A stretch of DNA of 63,226 bases, filler included, from Octopus bimaculoides (Eukaryota), in NCBI RefSeq assembly GCF_001194135.2. It is 4 parts of 4 records of this genome, joined end to end, with 100 filler letters (N's around TTAATTAATTAA, not from the genome) between each part and the next. Parts side by side here need not be neighbours in the genome. Positions count along the whole stretch, not along the records: positions 16,844 to 45,476 come from NC_068983.1; positions 45,577 to 59,995 come from NC_068996.1; 2 more parts are not named here. One strand, 5' to 3'. The notes beneath the pieces were generated by a model. It made no database searches. It was given only the letters and a program-made list of their open reading frames with translations, and was not told the origin of the DNA. Below are positions 36,119 to 47,629 of this stretch, one piece after another (the first letter of the stretch is position 1; each line of letters starts with the position of its first letter). The translations under genes and the position numbers were made by a program.

Positions 36119-37395
36119 CAGGGGTTGGACAAAATAATGGAAACCCTTTAAAACTTCAAACAAATTTATTGTAATATACAGTAGGACTGCCTTTGGCAGT
36201 AATTACAGCTTGAATTCTACGAGATATGGACTCATACAAAGTTTGAATTGTTTCCAAAGGAATTTTTGTCCATTCTTCAGCTAAAACAGTCTCCAGTTCT
36301 TGTAGTGATGATGGTGAAGGATATCGACTTCTTACTTGTTTTTCTAAAATGCACCATAAATGTTCAATAATATTGAGATCTGGGGACTGTGGTGACCAGA
36401 TAAGATGTTCATCTTCACTACAATATTCCTTGTGCCATTCAGTAACAACTTTAGTTGTGTGAATTGGTGTACTACCATCCTGAAAGATTGTGTTTCCCTC
36501 CAGAAACAGTTCAGCAACCATAAGATAAATTTGATCAGATAAAATGCTTAAATAGTCTTGACTATTAATTCTGCCACGAAGCGAAACCATTGGGCCAGCA
36601 GATTTCCAAGATATAGACCCCCCCCCACCTGATCATCACAGATCCTCCTCCATGTTTAACAGTTGTAAGAAGGCAGTCTGGGTCAAATGCTTCTTTTGAT
36701 TGTCTCCACACATATACTCAGCCAGTGGTCAGAAATAAAGTAAAGGATAACTTGTCCGAGAAAATAACATACTTCCACTGCTCTAGGGACCAATTCTGTA
36801 GGTTTTTACTCCACTTTAAACGCTTTGCAACGTTTGTTTTTGAAAGTAGTGGTTTTCTGATTGCAGCCCTCCCATGAAATCCGGCTTTGTGCAGCTCCTG
36901 GAAAACAGTTTTTGTGGAAACTGGGTTCTCAAGGTGGTCATTAAGCTCTGCAGTAATTTTGGGAGCTGTACTTTTGTGATCCTTTCTAACAATTCGTGTA
37001 AGAGTCTGATGGTCCCTATCTGAAAGCTTTGGTTTTCTTCCGGAGTTTTGCTTCAACGAGGAAGTTTTTCCCTCTTTCTTAAAGGCTATCATTACTTTTG
37101 AGACAGTACTTCTTGATACACCAAACATTTTGGCTGTTTTTGTTATGCTAGTGCCTGCCATATGAGCACCAACAATTTGATCTCTTTGAAAGTTTGATAG
37201 ATCTGTCATTTTAATGAATTTTAATTACCCTTATCTGATGATATCTGAAAAGAAACAGCAATTTTAGCAAAACATATTAAGCAACACTAATAATAAATCA
37301 AAAAACATAAAAATAAACAAGCTTTTGATGGTTTTATAAATACTTCAATATGATGATGCTATGATGCTGTTTCCATTATTTTGTCCCAACCCCTG
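36119..37395 (-). mobile_element. Near full-length Tc1-like transposon with DD36E spacing
   Basis: TIRs caggggttggacaaaataatggaaac (36119) and gtttccattattttgtcccaacccctg (ending 37395, one extra base). TA on both sides; 1277 bp. Confidence 0.9.
36156..37209 (-). pseudogene. Tc1-like transposase pseudogene
   Basis: Paired-like HTH N-terminus, GRKPKLS, RKPLLS, IFSD, GGGSVM, FQDGSTPIH and SPDLNIIEHLW. Premature TGA at 36718-36720, frameshift at the G run near 36617-36628, and the second catalytic D is replaced by G. Confidence 0.88.
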
Positions 37396-37409
37396 TACAT
37401 ATATATATA

Positions 37410-37800
37410 TATGCCAGTGGCACATAAAAGCAACTCTCAAGTGTTGGGCCTCATGGAAGCAAAAACCAAGACCATTTGGCATTATGCCAGGCTTTGAGCA
37501 TTGGGCCTCACAGAGGCAATAACCAAGTCCATTTGGCATTATGTCATGTTCGAGAAGACCCATCAAGCCAAGTAAAACTGCAGTCATGGCAGATACCAGT
37601 GTCACACAAATGACACCCATACCGGTGGCACATAAAAGCACCCATAACACTCTCAGAGCGGTTGGCGTTAGGAAGGGCATCCAGTCATAGAAACCATGCC
37701 AAAACAGATTGGAGTCTGGTGCAGCCTTCCGGCTTGCTAGCCCTGGTCAAACCATCCAACCCATGCCAGCATGGACAACGGACATTAAAGGATGATGATG
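37410..37800 (+). mobile_element. SINE-like family E with internal ggca(c/t)(a/g)taaaagca repeats and (GAT)n tail
   Basis: gttggcgttaggaagggcatccag...aacccatgccagcatggacaacggac ending. Homologs at 35520-35765 and 43520-43625. Confidence 0.7.
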
Positions 37801-38242
37801 ATGATATATATATATATATATANNNNNNNNNNNNNNNNNNNNNNNNNNNNNNNNNNNNNNNNNNNNNNNNNNNNNNNNNNNNNNNNNNNNNNNNNNNNNN
37901 NNNNNNNNNNNNNNNNNNNNNNNNNNNNNNNNNNNNNNNNNNNNNNNCTACTATAGCCTTAGGCCGACCAAAGCCTTGTGAGTGGATTTGGTAGACGGAA
38001 ACTGAAAGAAGCCTGTCGTATATATGTATATGTATGTCTGTGTGTTTGTCCCCACAACATCGCTTGACAACCGATGCTGGTGTGTTTACGTCCCCGTAAC
38101 TTAGCGGTTCGGCAAAAGTGACCGATAGAATAAGTACTAGGCTTACAAAGAATAAGTCCTGGGGTCGATTTGCTCGACTAAAGGCGGTGCTCCAGCATGG
38201 CCACAATCAAATGGCTGAAACAAGTAAAAGAGTAAAAGAGTA

Positions 38243-38274
<32 letters not shown>

Positions 38275-38299
38275 AAATTATTAATAAATGCAAAGTTTG

Positions 38300-38715
38300 A
38301 CCTAAGCAACAAAGACCAATCATTCACTGTATCTAAATGCAATGATAGCCAATGTTGCACATACCAATTCATACAAACTAGTCAATATATGAACACAAAA
38401 ACCGGAAAAATATTCACAAACACAAATATGAACAGCAAAAGCAGAAATTTTATTTACTGCATCAAATGCCCGAATTGTGAAGAAGTATACCTAAGTCAGA
38501 CTGGAAAGGCACTATCAGAACGTTCCCATGTGCACCAACAGCAAATTAGAGACCCAGATGTCTGTCAGATACCTTTGAGTAACCATCTAGCAAGATGCAG
38601 TTGGAAAATATTTAAAATATTTCCATTCTACAAACTACACAGTCCAAGTGAAATTGAAAGAAAAATCAGAGAAAAGAACTTTATTAATAAATTCCAACCG
38701 AAGCTAAATAAACAG
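38300..38715 (+). mobile_element. Penelope-like element GIY-YIG endonuclease fragment
   Basis: NFIYCIKCPNCEEVYLSQTG...ERSHVHQQQIR...PLSNHL...FKIFPFYK...REKNFINKFQPKLN fits the PLE GIY-YIG C-terminus with its Cys/His residues. Confidence 0.8.
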
Positions 38716-39219
38716 TAATACTAATACTTAGAGGGACTATTTCTTCTGCTAAGACCACTACCACTAACAATAACAACAGTTCTAAAGGTGCTCATTATGA
38801 TGATTGCAGGAAAAACTAGCTAAGTCAAGAGAAAAGTCAGTAAAAATTATCTTATTTTGGGGTTTAAAGTTCTATTACCACAGCTACTCTTACCACCACC
38901 ACTAACAACAACAACAACAACAATAATAAAGGAGATTATAATGATGACAATGATAATTTAAATGTAAAACTCCTTGAGAGATGTTGTTTACAATATTTCT
39001 AAAAATAGCCCAACAATTGCTGCTTTGGCCAGGGTCAAAATGACATGTTCAACAAACCATGATGCCTAAACCAATCAGCAGTAAAATCACACACTGATTG
39101 ATCAGAACACAGTTGTCAAAAATTAACATTCTGGAGCCTATACAAATGTATTTAAGGCACACAGTTTAACCATCTTGCCACAGTTGTAAATTGTAAAACA
39201 TAACTGTTAACACTACTAC

Positions 39220-39735
39220 AAGAACCAATGGTGAAAGAACAACCAGTAAAGAGTCTCCGCAGATGGTATAGAGATTTATTAAGTGATAAGAAGCAAGGGA
39301 AAGAAACACATGAGTTAGTAGAACAAGGATTAAAGGCAATTGACAGAACAACGCTGCTGGAAAAATTCAAATGTTGGATACTGCAATTTGGGCTGTACCC
39401 AAGGATAATGCAGCCATTGCAAATGTACGAAATAGCCGCAAGTAGAGTAGAAAGGATGGAACAAAGATGCAGTGTGTTTATCAAAAAAATGGCTTAGTCT
39501 GCCGAAATCAATGAATACAACTGCACTATATGGAAAAACCGTGCTGCAACTACCAATAACATCAATCGCCGAAGAATATAAAGCAGGAAAGGCGAGGACA
39601 GTAATGATGCTAAGGTATTCAAAAGATCAGAGCATCCGAGAAAACCCTCCAAAGGTACGAACAAGGAGGAAATGGAATACGGAGAAGGCAGTAAACAGGG
39701 CGATCGGAATACTAAGACACGGGTTGCTGGGTCTT
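39220..39735 (+). mobile_element. HERO/NeSL-like RLE-type non-LTR retrotransposon fragment (RT C-terminal region)
   Basis: PVKSLRRWY...GLKAIDRTTLLEKFKCWILQFGLYPRIMQPLQMYEI, then frameshifted KKWLSLPKSMNTTALYGKTVLQLPITSIAEEYKAGKAR...VRTRRKW. Clade assignment is from remembered motifs. Confidence 0.7.
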
Positions 39736-40545
39736 CACAAACATGACATAATGCCAAAGGTCTCCTCCATGAGGCCGGTGCCTTCATATATATATATATA
39801 TATATATGACAGGCTTCTTTCAGTTTCTGCAGACCAAATCAACTCACCAGGCTTTGGTCAGCGTGGGGCTATAGAAGAAGGTAACACTTGCCCAAGGTAC
39901 CATGCAGTGGTACTAGATGACTGGAAAACAAACTTCTCAACCACAGAATTATCCCTACACCTAACATTTATGTGTGGATGTGTGTGCACACATGTATACA
40001 CACACACACACATATAGATGGCTGAAATGATAGTTTCTACAGGGTTTTTTTGCCTACCAATTTTCGCTGACAAGCTATTGGTCCAACGTAATGTTAACAC
40101 GGATGAATTACCTGCTTTTTATTGTAAAATGAAAGAACAAGTGACAGAAGACTTCTTCTTACTGTTCTGCTTTTGTTATTGCCACACTCATTGTTACAGT
40201 ATACTAACATTACCACTACTCCTGGCTTTGTTGCTATTATTGCTACATCACTGCAGCTGCTTTGTTGTTCTCTCTCTCTCTTTCTCTCTCTCTCTCTCGC
40301 TCTCTATCACGTCAGCAATAACACAGCCAATCAGGCGTCCTATTTACCCACAAACTCCCTCACAACACACACATACATACGTGCACACTTACATGTACAA
40401 CAACACACACATACATATATATGTGTATATATATATNNNNNNNNNNNNNNNNNNNNNNNNNNNNNNNNNNNNNNNNNNNNNNNNNNNNNNNNNNNNNNCA
40501 TACATATATATGTAAATATATATGTATATATATATATATACATAC

Positions 40546-40598
<53 letters not shown>

Positions 40599-40601
<3 letters not shown>

Positions 40602-40729
40602 GGTGGTACAAAGGTTACACACCATCCTAATCACAGGAGAAAAAAAATAAAAATTAGGAAGATATGAGGAAGATATTGTGTAGTGACAAAGTGTTATTTT
40701 ACTGGGCCATGACTTTTGTGCCACCCAGT
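40599..40729. mobile_element. Short TA-flanked MITE-like element
   Basis: Imperfect TIRs cacggtggtacaaaggt versus (reverse complement) ctgggtggcacaaaagt, with TA on both sides inside a TA run. Confidence 0.4.
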
Positions 40730-41361
40730 ATATATGAGTGATTGGACAACAAAAGAAAGAGGTACTCAATACATTTTGTAGGAGTTACATAGACTATTAT
40801 CTATTACAGTTTGTACTTACTCATACATTTATGCACAAATACAAGAATATACATATGTACATACACATACACCCATACATGCGTTCTAAACACGTTTGCA
40901 CATGCATGCATATGCAGTAGGCACAAGCACACATATTTGTGCACGCACACACACACACACTCATGCAGTTAATAACATACCCACCTTCATGCACTGAAAC
41001 ATCTTGTATACACACATACACACACCATGCACACTCTCGCTGGCTTTGCTTCTCTCAGCTTCCAAGTTCCTACAAAGGATGATCAGACACCAAGGCACCA
41101 CCAGCTTCCTGTGCAACCACACAGTTCAAGAAATTCTTCTTTCTAATGCATCTGGTGTCTCTGAAATGCTGATCTCACTTTCAACAACATCATGTGACCA
41201 ATAGCAGCGATTTTGCAGTAGCCATCATGGACTTCCTGTATTTTCCATTTGGTAATCTGAGCCTAAACAAGCCAGGTTTCTGTTAGAAGCCTGTAAAACT
41301 TTGCATGAAGCTAAATCAAGCTGTTTTAAATAACAGCAACAACAACAACAACAACAACAGC

Positions 41362-41402
<41 letters not shown>

Positions 41403-41419
41403 TAATAGAGAGAGAGTAG

Positions 41420-41720
41420 CAAGGCATGGCATGAGCACAAACTGTGGAGAATGTTGGTGTCAGAGACTAGCAAAATCCTCTGGGATTTCACTGTTCAAAT
41501 AGTTCAGATGCTAGAGCATAACCGACCGGACCTAGTGGTGGTGGACAAGGTACACCACGTGTGCTATATAGTTGATGTTGCGTAAGAAAGTGCCAATTAT
41601 TGTTGGGTCTTTGGGGACAATATCAGAAGGTATATAAAGGAAATTGGAATAGGAGTGCCAAGTAGAACTGTTACAAAAGGTTTGCCTCTTTGGCACGGCC
41701 AGAATAATCAGGAAGTAACA
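41420..41720 (+). mobile_element. Second Dong/R4-like family, RLE fragment with internal deletion
   Basis: KILWDFTVQ...EHNRPDLVVVDK...YIVDVA, VPIIVGSLGTI, ELLQKVCLFGTARIIRK. Follows an (AAC)n(AAT)n array. Confidence 0.7.
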
Positions 41721-42073
41721 GATAGCTGAAAAGGACAGATGGCCTGGTGCCATAGGTGGCATGAAGCAAGCCCACTACACTTGCAAGACTCCAGGAGTTC
41801 CAACAAAACCTGAGATAAAAAGAAATAATAATAATTAAAATAATAATAATAATCTTTTCTGCTACAGGCACAAGGCCTGAAATTTGGGGGAGGGGGATAG
41901 TTGATTACATCAACCTCAGAACACAACTGGTACTTTATTTATCAACCTTGAAAGGATGAAAGGCAAAGTCGACTTTGGTGGAATTTGAACTCAGAACATA
42001 GTGACAGATGAAATGCTGGTAAGCATTTTGCCCGGTGTGCTAATGATTCTGCCAACACACAATAATAATAATA

Positions 42074-43229
42074 AGCTATACATACAACATATCAAAGGTG
42101 GTAGTGGCCTTATACAGCTAGAAAACTATTACAAAATAATCACCATAGGACTACAAAATATCTACTTCAAAAACAAGGAAAACTAATACAAATAGCCACA
42201 AAGCATGAACAAAACAAAAAACTGTTTTCTGTCTTTAAGGAAGCTGACAAATACAAACAAGAAGTCATAGTACCTAGCAACTATGAAGAAAAAGAAGAAA
42301 CAACAAAAGCTGTAAAACAAACTAAATCTAGAACAGCATCAGATCATGATAAAATGTCAAGAAAAGGCTCTTCATGGCAAATACTGGGTTGAACTAAACA
42401 GAAAAGAAATAAACAAAGCAAAACCCTAACAATGGTTGAGAAGATCAGGACTCAAAGCAGAGACTGAAGGATTTTTAATTGAAGCACAAGATCAAAGCTT
42501 CCCCACCAGAAATCACCAAAAACATGAAATGGAAAAAAATACAAGTAACTGCAGAATATGTGGTGATGGAGAAGAAACAATAAATCATAGTGTCTCTGGC
42601 TGCCCAGTGCTGGCTAAGAAGAAATATATTTACAGACACCACACAGTTGGGATCTATAAACACTGGAAGCTATGCCAACACTATGGAATAACAACAGAAA
42701 AAAGATGGTATAGGCACACGCCAGAAAAGGTCACAGAAAACGAGAAAGCAACCATACTCTTGGATATGCCAATATACACAGATAGAGAAATTAAGGCCAA
42801 TAGGCCAGATATAGTTGTCAGAGATCATCAAGAAAGAAAATGCTTTCTAATTGATGTACCAATACTAACAGATGACAATGTTTCTCTAAAAGAAAAGGAG
42901 AAACTTGCAAAATACAAAGACCTGGAAATAGAGGTAACTCAAATGTGGAGCCTAAAAGCAGAAACAATTTCTATTAGAGCAGGCACATTAGATATAATAA
43001 AAAAAAAATATTCAGACAAATACATAACAAAAACACCAGGACTTACAAGTATATATAACATACAGAAAATAGTACTACTAGGCACTGCTCACATCCTACG
43101 TAAAACACTTTCAATACAGTGAAAATAAGAGCACTACAACAAACTGCAGTACATACCCAAAGCACACAGAGCTGTGCTCGGTAGTGCAGTGAAAGCACAT
43201 AAAAATAAGACAACTGAATCATAATAATG

Positions 43230-43296
<67 letters not shown>

Positions 43297-43330
43297 TAAT
43301 AATAATAATAATAAGGTAATAATAATAATA
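42074..43330 (+). mobile_element. 5'-truncated Dong/R4-like LINE with CCHC finger, RLE, 3' UTR and (TAA)n tail
   Basis: ORF 42436-43122 has CRICGDGEETINHSVSGC, RPDIVV, LIDV and EKLAKYKDLE. The upstream GG.GL motif is frameshifted. (TAA)n lies on both sides (42061-42073 and 43221-43330). Confidence 0.9.
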
Positions 43331-43714
43331 ATATTTATAATGTATATATATATTTGAAAAGATTTGTAGAGGTAACACACAAGTAAGTAGATGTCTATGA
43401 AAAACAAGAACAAAAATGCTACTTCCTTAAAATTGGGTACATTTCAATTTTCCTTTTACATGTTTCAGCTTTTGAAAAACCATATCAAAAATATGTACTA
43501 AAATGGGATATGTAAAGAGAAGTTGTGATACCTGTGCTGGTGGCATGTAAAAAGCACCATCCAAACGTGGCCGATGCCAGTGCCACCTTGACTGGCTTTT
43601 GTGCTGGTGGCACATAAAAAGCATAGAAATCAGATGTGTGTATAAACATATACATACACACACACACATTTATATAGTGAGAGAGAGAGAAAGAGATTTA
43701 TAATTATAAAAATA

Positions 43715-43908
43715 CAGCTAAGGAAATAATTTTATTCTCACACGCATGATAATGCTAATAATATAGCATGACCAGGATAAACTTTCCATATTTTGCAAAA
43801 AAGTCTGTTGGCAGCCAGATTTTTCTGCAAAATATAGATAGTTTATTCTGTTCATGCTATATTATTGGCATTATCCTGCGTTTGAGAATAAAATTATTTC
43901 CTTAGCTG
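43715..43908. mobile_element. Fold-back MITE, almost entirely palindromic
   Basis: Arms of about 93 bp from cagctaaggaaataattttattctca to tgagaataaaattatttccttagctg with an 8-nt centre. Flanks TA / CA. Confidence 0.75.
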
Positions 43909-44274
43909 CATCTTTCGATACATCTCATTGCTTCTAAAGCAAACTTTGCTTTAGAAGTTGAATTTAAAATGATAAAAATATTTTGAGGTTAAAATTATTG
44001 TAATATTATAATGAATTTATGAAGAAAATATTTTAGTATATCATATCACTGTGCATGTAAATAATTGCTGGAAGAAATTTTTCAGAACATGTAATGTAAT
44101 TGGTAGTGCTGCATTGGTCAGTGTGAACCTGAATTTTTTAGAGAGTATAGTGAGATTTCAATGATATTTAGCTGCTGCTTTTAGTATGTCAAGCAACTGC
44201 ATAGATGCTTCAGATGTATGTGTATATTGTGTATGTATATGTACACACACACACACATACACACTCACATACAT

Positions 44275-44320
<46 letters not shown>

Positions 44321-44690
44321 ATGTACATATATATACAGTAATCCCTTGCTATATTGTGGTTTTATTATTTAAGCTTACATTGATTCTTCCATAGTGTTGT
44401 TTTGCATTTATAATAAAATAAATATATACAAATTATAAAAATAATAATAAAAAAAAAATACAGTATTTATATCCAATATATCCAATGGCAGTGCCCCAGC
44501 ATGGCCACAGCTCATGAGCTGAAACTAGAAAAGAAAGAAAAGAAAGAAAGTACAGTACTATTTCTACTTGGTGGATTTTCACCTATCGCAGGGGATTTTG
44601 GAATGTAACGTATGATAGTCGAGAGATTACTGTATGTATGTATATATATATGCGTACATACATGCATACATATATACAAGCATACATACA

Positions 44691-44725
<35 letters not shown>

Positions 44726-45603
44726 GTATGTATGCACATGCATGCACATACACACGTCAAAATTTTTACCACAATGCTTATAGCCCACTGCAAGACATCA
44801 ATTCCACCACACGATGGTTGTTAAGAACTATTTTACATTCACTGTTGAATGTTTGAGAACAAATCCCAGTACATTTAAACAAAACAATTTACCTAAACTT
44901 TCATATATTTTTTTCCTCAAATAACTTCCTTTTATAGGTAATAGAAATTAACTTTACTCAGAACAGTCATTAATCAATTTAGCTTGTCGCTAGTTAAGTC
45001 ACATTTTGGTGTCTGTTTACTATCAAATAAAGCACCTGGACAATTTTCCCTTTAATTTTTAATAGCCAGTTGGCATGAAAGCCTCATCTCATTTAAATTT
45101 GTTTCCCACTGAGAAAATTATCTATGATTTGAATGTATAATAAATATAATTATTTATTTATTCCATTACTTTAGACAAACAACCTTTTCTGCACCTTTTA
45201 ATTTATTTTGTGTACATTATTTTCTTTTGTGCACTGGTTGCAAAATGTGTGGGCCATATATGCATGCAACCTGCATGAACCTCTTTTTTTCTTTTTCACA
45301 TTGAGCCAATTGGAAGCCCATACATTAGAGGTGGACAACTCTTTTGAAGCTTGGTAGAATTTCAAGCAACTTGATATAAATTACATAGCCATGAAATTGT
45401 ATAATTAATGATTTATTATTTTTCATGGCACTGATGCATCCACATAAGTTCTTATATTCTTGCAAATTGCCCCTGTNNNNNNNNNNNNNNNNNNNNNNNN
45501 NNNNNNNNNNNNNNNNNNNNTTAATTAATTAANNNNNNNNNNNNNNNNNNNNNNNNNNNNNNNNNNNNNNNNNNNNGGGGTAAGGCGAGATACGTAGTAG
45601 TAG

Positions 45604-45664
<61 letters not shown>

Positions 45665-45994
45665 AGGATTGTTGATAGAATCAGGTACTTAAAAGAATAT
45701 GCACCAGGTAAGGTTGGATAAACCTGTGGTCACCACCTGTGGTTGATTAAATACCCAGTAGGATATTCAGGGTGTACACACAGAGAAAACCACCTCTAGG
45801 AGTTCGGCTGGCTTCAGGCATGTTACCTCTGTATTCTTGGGATATCCTGTTGTTTTGAAATTATGTTTCATCTGATGATTACGTTTCTTGAAATGATGTA
45901 ATATACTCATTCTTCTATTAAAAATGTGTTAGAAGCAGCTGTAATGAGCTGACATTTTATCCATCGTCTGTTATCCATCTGCTTTTATACTCAT

Positions 45995-46400
45995 TTACTC
46001 TTTTACTTGTTTCAGTCATTTGACTGCGGCCATGCTGGAGTACCGCCTTTAGTCGAGCAAATCGACCCCAGAACTTATTCTTTGTAAGCCTAGTACTTAT
46101 TCTATCGGTCTCTTTTGCCGAACCGCTAAGTTACGGGGATGTAAACACACCAGCATCGATTGTCAAACAATGTTGGGAGGATAAACACAGACACACAAAC
46201 ATATACACATACATACATTTATATAAATATACATATATGCGACAGGCTTCTATCAGTTTCCGTCTACCAAATCCACTCACAAGGCTTTGGTCGGCCTAAG
46301 GCTATAGTAGAAGACACTTGCTCAAGGTGCCAGGCAGTGGGACTGAATTCGGAACCATGAGGTTCGTAAGCAAGCTACTTACCACAGCCACTCCTACGCC
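45995..46400 (-). mobile_element. SINE family C copy
   Basis: Reverse complement of 25480-25893. A further partial copy lies at 46435-46565 and a full copy at 48750-49147. Confidence 0.85.
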
Positions 46401-46727
46401 TATATATATATATATATATATATACATATATATATACGATGGGCTTCTTTCAGTTTCCGTCTACCAAATCCACTCACAAGGCTTTGGTCAGCTCGAGGCT
46501 AGAGCAGAAGACACTGACTGAACTCGGAATCATGTGGCTCGTAAGCAAGCTACTTACCACACAGCCAAAATTAATAATTATAGATATAATTATATTAAAG
46601 CGGTCAGGAAATAACCTGAGAAAAGAAGTCAAAGGCATTAAAAAGCCACTGTTATAACTGTTATAACAGTGACTTTTTAGCACCCTTGGCGTCTTCTTTC
46701 AGCATGTTGGAGAACATGATTTTATTA

Positions 46728-46809
46728 TGACCTATGAGCACTTCGATGCAATATCCAGATCGATTCGTGTATATTATAAAATATGGAATATTGTATCTCT
46801 TCAGGGTCA
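46728..46809 (-). ncRNA. Type I hammerhead-like motif (left arm)
   Basis: TGACC CTGAAGA GATACAATATTCC...GGATATTGCATC GAAG TGCTC ATA GGTCA. CUGAAGA is intact; GAAA is changed to GAAG. Confidence 0.55.
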
Positions 46810-47083
46810 GATTAATTCATAGCAGACAGTAAAAATAGACAACATTCATAGACAACATTCATAGTTGTCCTAGAATAGCGTCCCGTACTGGTTCGTTATC
46901 TAACTTCATAGGATAACATCATAAATTAGCATCACTTCTCATTTACTCTGTGTTCTAACGGTTTCAAGACCGATATGCTATACAGTCCCATTACGTATCA
47001 TGTCTTTTCAACTTGTTTATTTACATGTAATTCTAGGACAACTATGAATGTTGTCTATTTTTACTGTCTGCTATGAATTAACC

Positions 47084-47165
47084 TGACCCTAAAGAGATAC
47101 AATATCCCATATTTTGTAATATGCATGAATCGATCTGGATATTGCTTCGAAATGATCATAGGTCA
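47084..47165 (+). ncRNA. Type I hammerhead-like motif (right arm)
   Basis: TGACC CTAAAGA GATACAATATCC...GGATATTGCTTC GAAA T GATC ATA GGTCA. 5-bp stem I, 10 of 12 pairs in stem II, 8-nt palindrome ATGATCAT, AUA cleavage triplet; G5 is changed to A. Confidence 0.6.
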
Positions 47166-47629
47166 TAATAAAGTCTTTACAATGGATCAGATTTTAGCTC
47201 TTTTTTAAATCGATATAAATACAAAAACTCACTTGTGAGTATTTTGCTACGTTTGATAACAGATACAATACTTTTACCAAATTTTGGTATAAATCTATAA
47301 ATACACANNNNNNNNNNNNNNNNNNNNNNNNNNNNNNNNNNNNNNNNNNNNNNNNNNNNNNNNNNNNNNNNNNNNNNNNNNNNNNNNNNNNNNNNNNNNN
47401 NNNNNNNNNNNNNNNNNNNNNNNNNNNNNNNNNNNNNNNNNNNNNNNNNNNNNNNNNNNNNNNNNNNNNNNNNNNNNNNNNNNNNNNNNNNNNNNNNNNN
47501 NNNNNNNNNNNNNNNNNNNNNNNNNNNNNNNNNNNNNNNNNNNNNNNNNNNNNNNNNNNNNNNNNNNNNNNNNNNNNNNNNNCACACACACACATATATA
47601 TGTGTATGCATGTATGTATGTATGAATAA

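Larger units (their letters stand above)
46721..47172. mobile_element. Inverted-repeat element (arms 46721-46876 and 47030-47172), each arm containing a hammerhead-like motif
   Basis: Arms are reverse complements, with a 13-bp tandem duplication in the left arm and a 153-bp spacer. Confidence 0.8.

Noticed and set aside
36455-36490. Adjacent A to G changes in the Tc1 catalytic motif (inferred GAT AAT to GGT AGT) as an RNA-editing footprint
   Set aside because: A DNA transposon has no RNA intermediate, and ordinary transitions explain it.
35520-37680. Short ggcac(a/g)taaaagca units as CRISPR-like repeats
   Set aside because: They are degenerate internal repeats of a eukaryotic SINE with irregular spacing, and there are no cas genes.
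41000-41330. LLTETWL on the minus strand as a LINE APE endonuclease remnant
   Set aside because: A single short motif surrounded by stops, with no other APE motif found.
45860-45910. CTGATGA...GAAAT as another hammerhead (similar weak cases near 7000 and 50046)
   Set aside because: No convincing stem II or stem I pairing.
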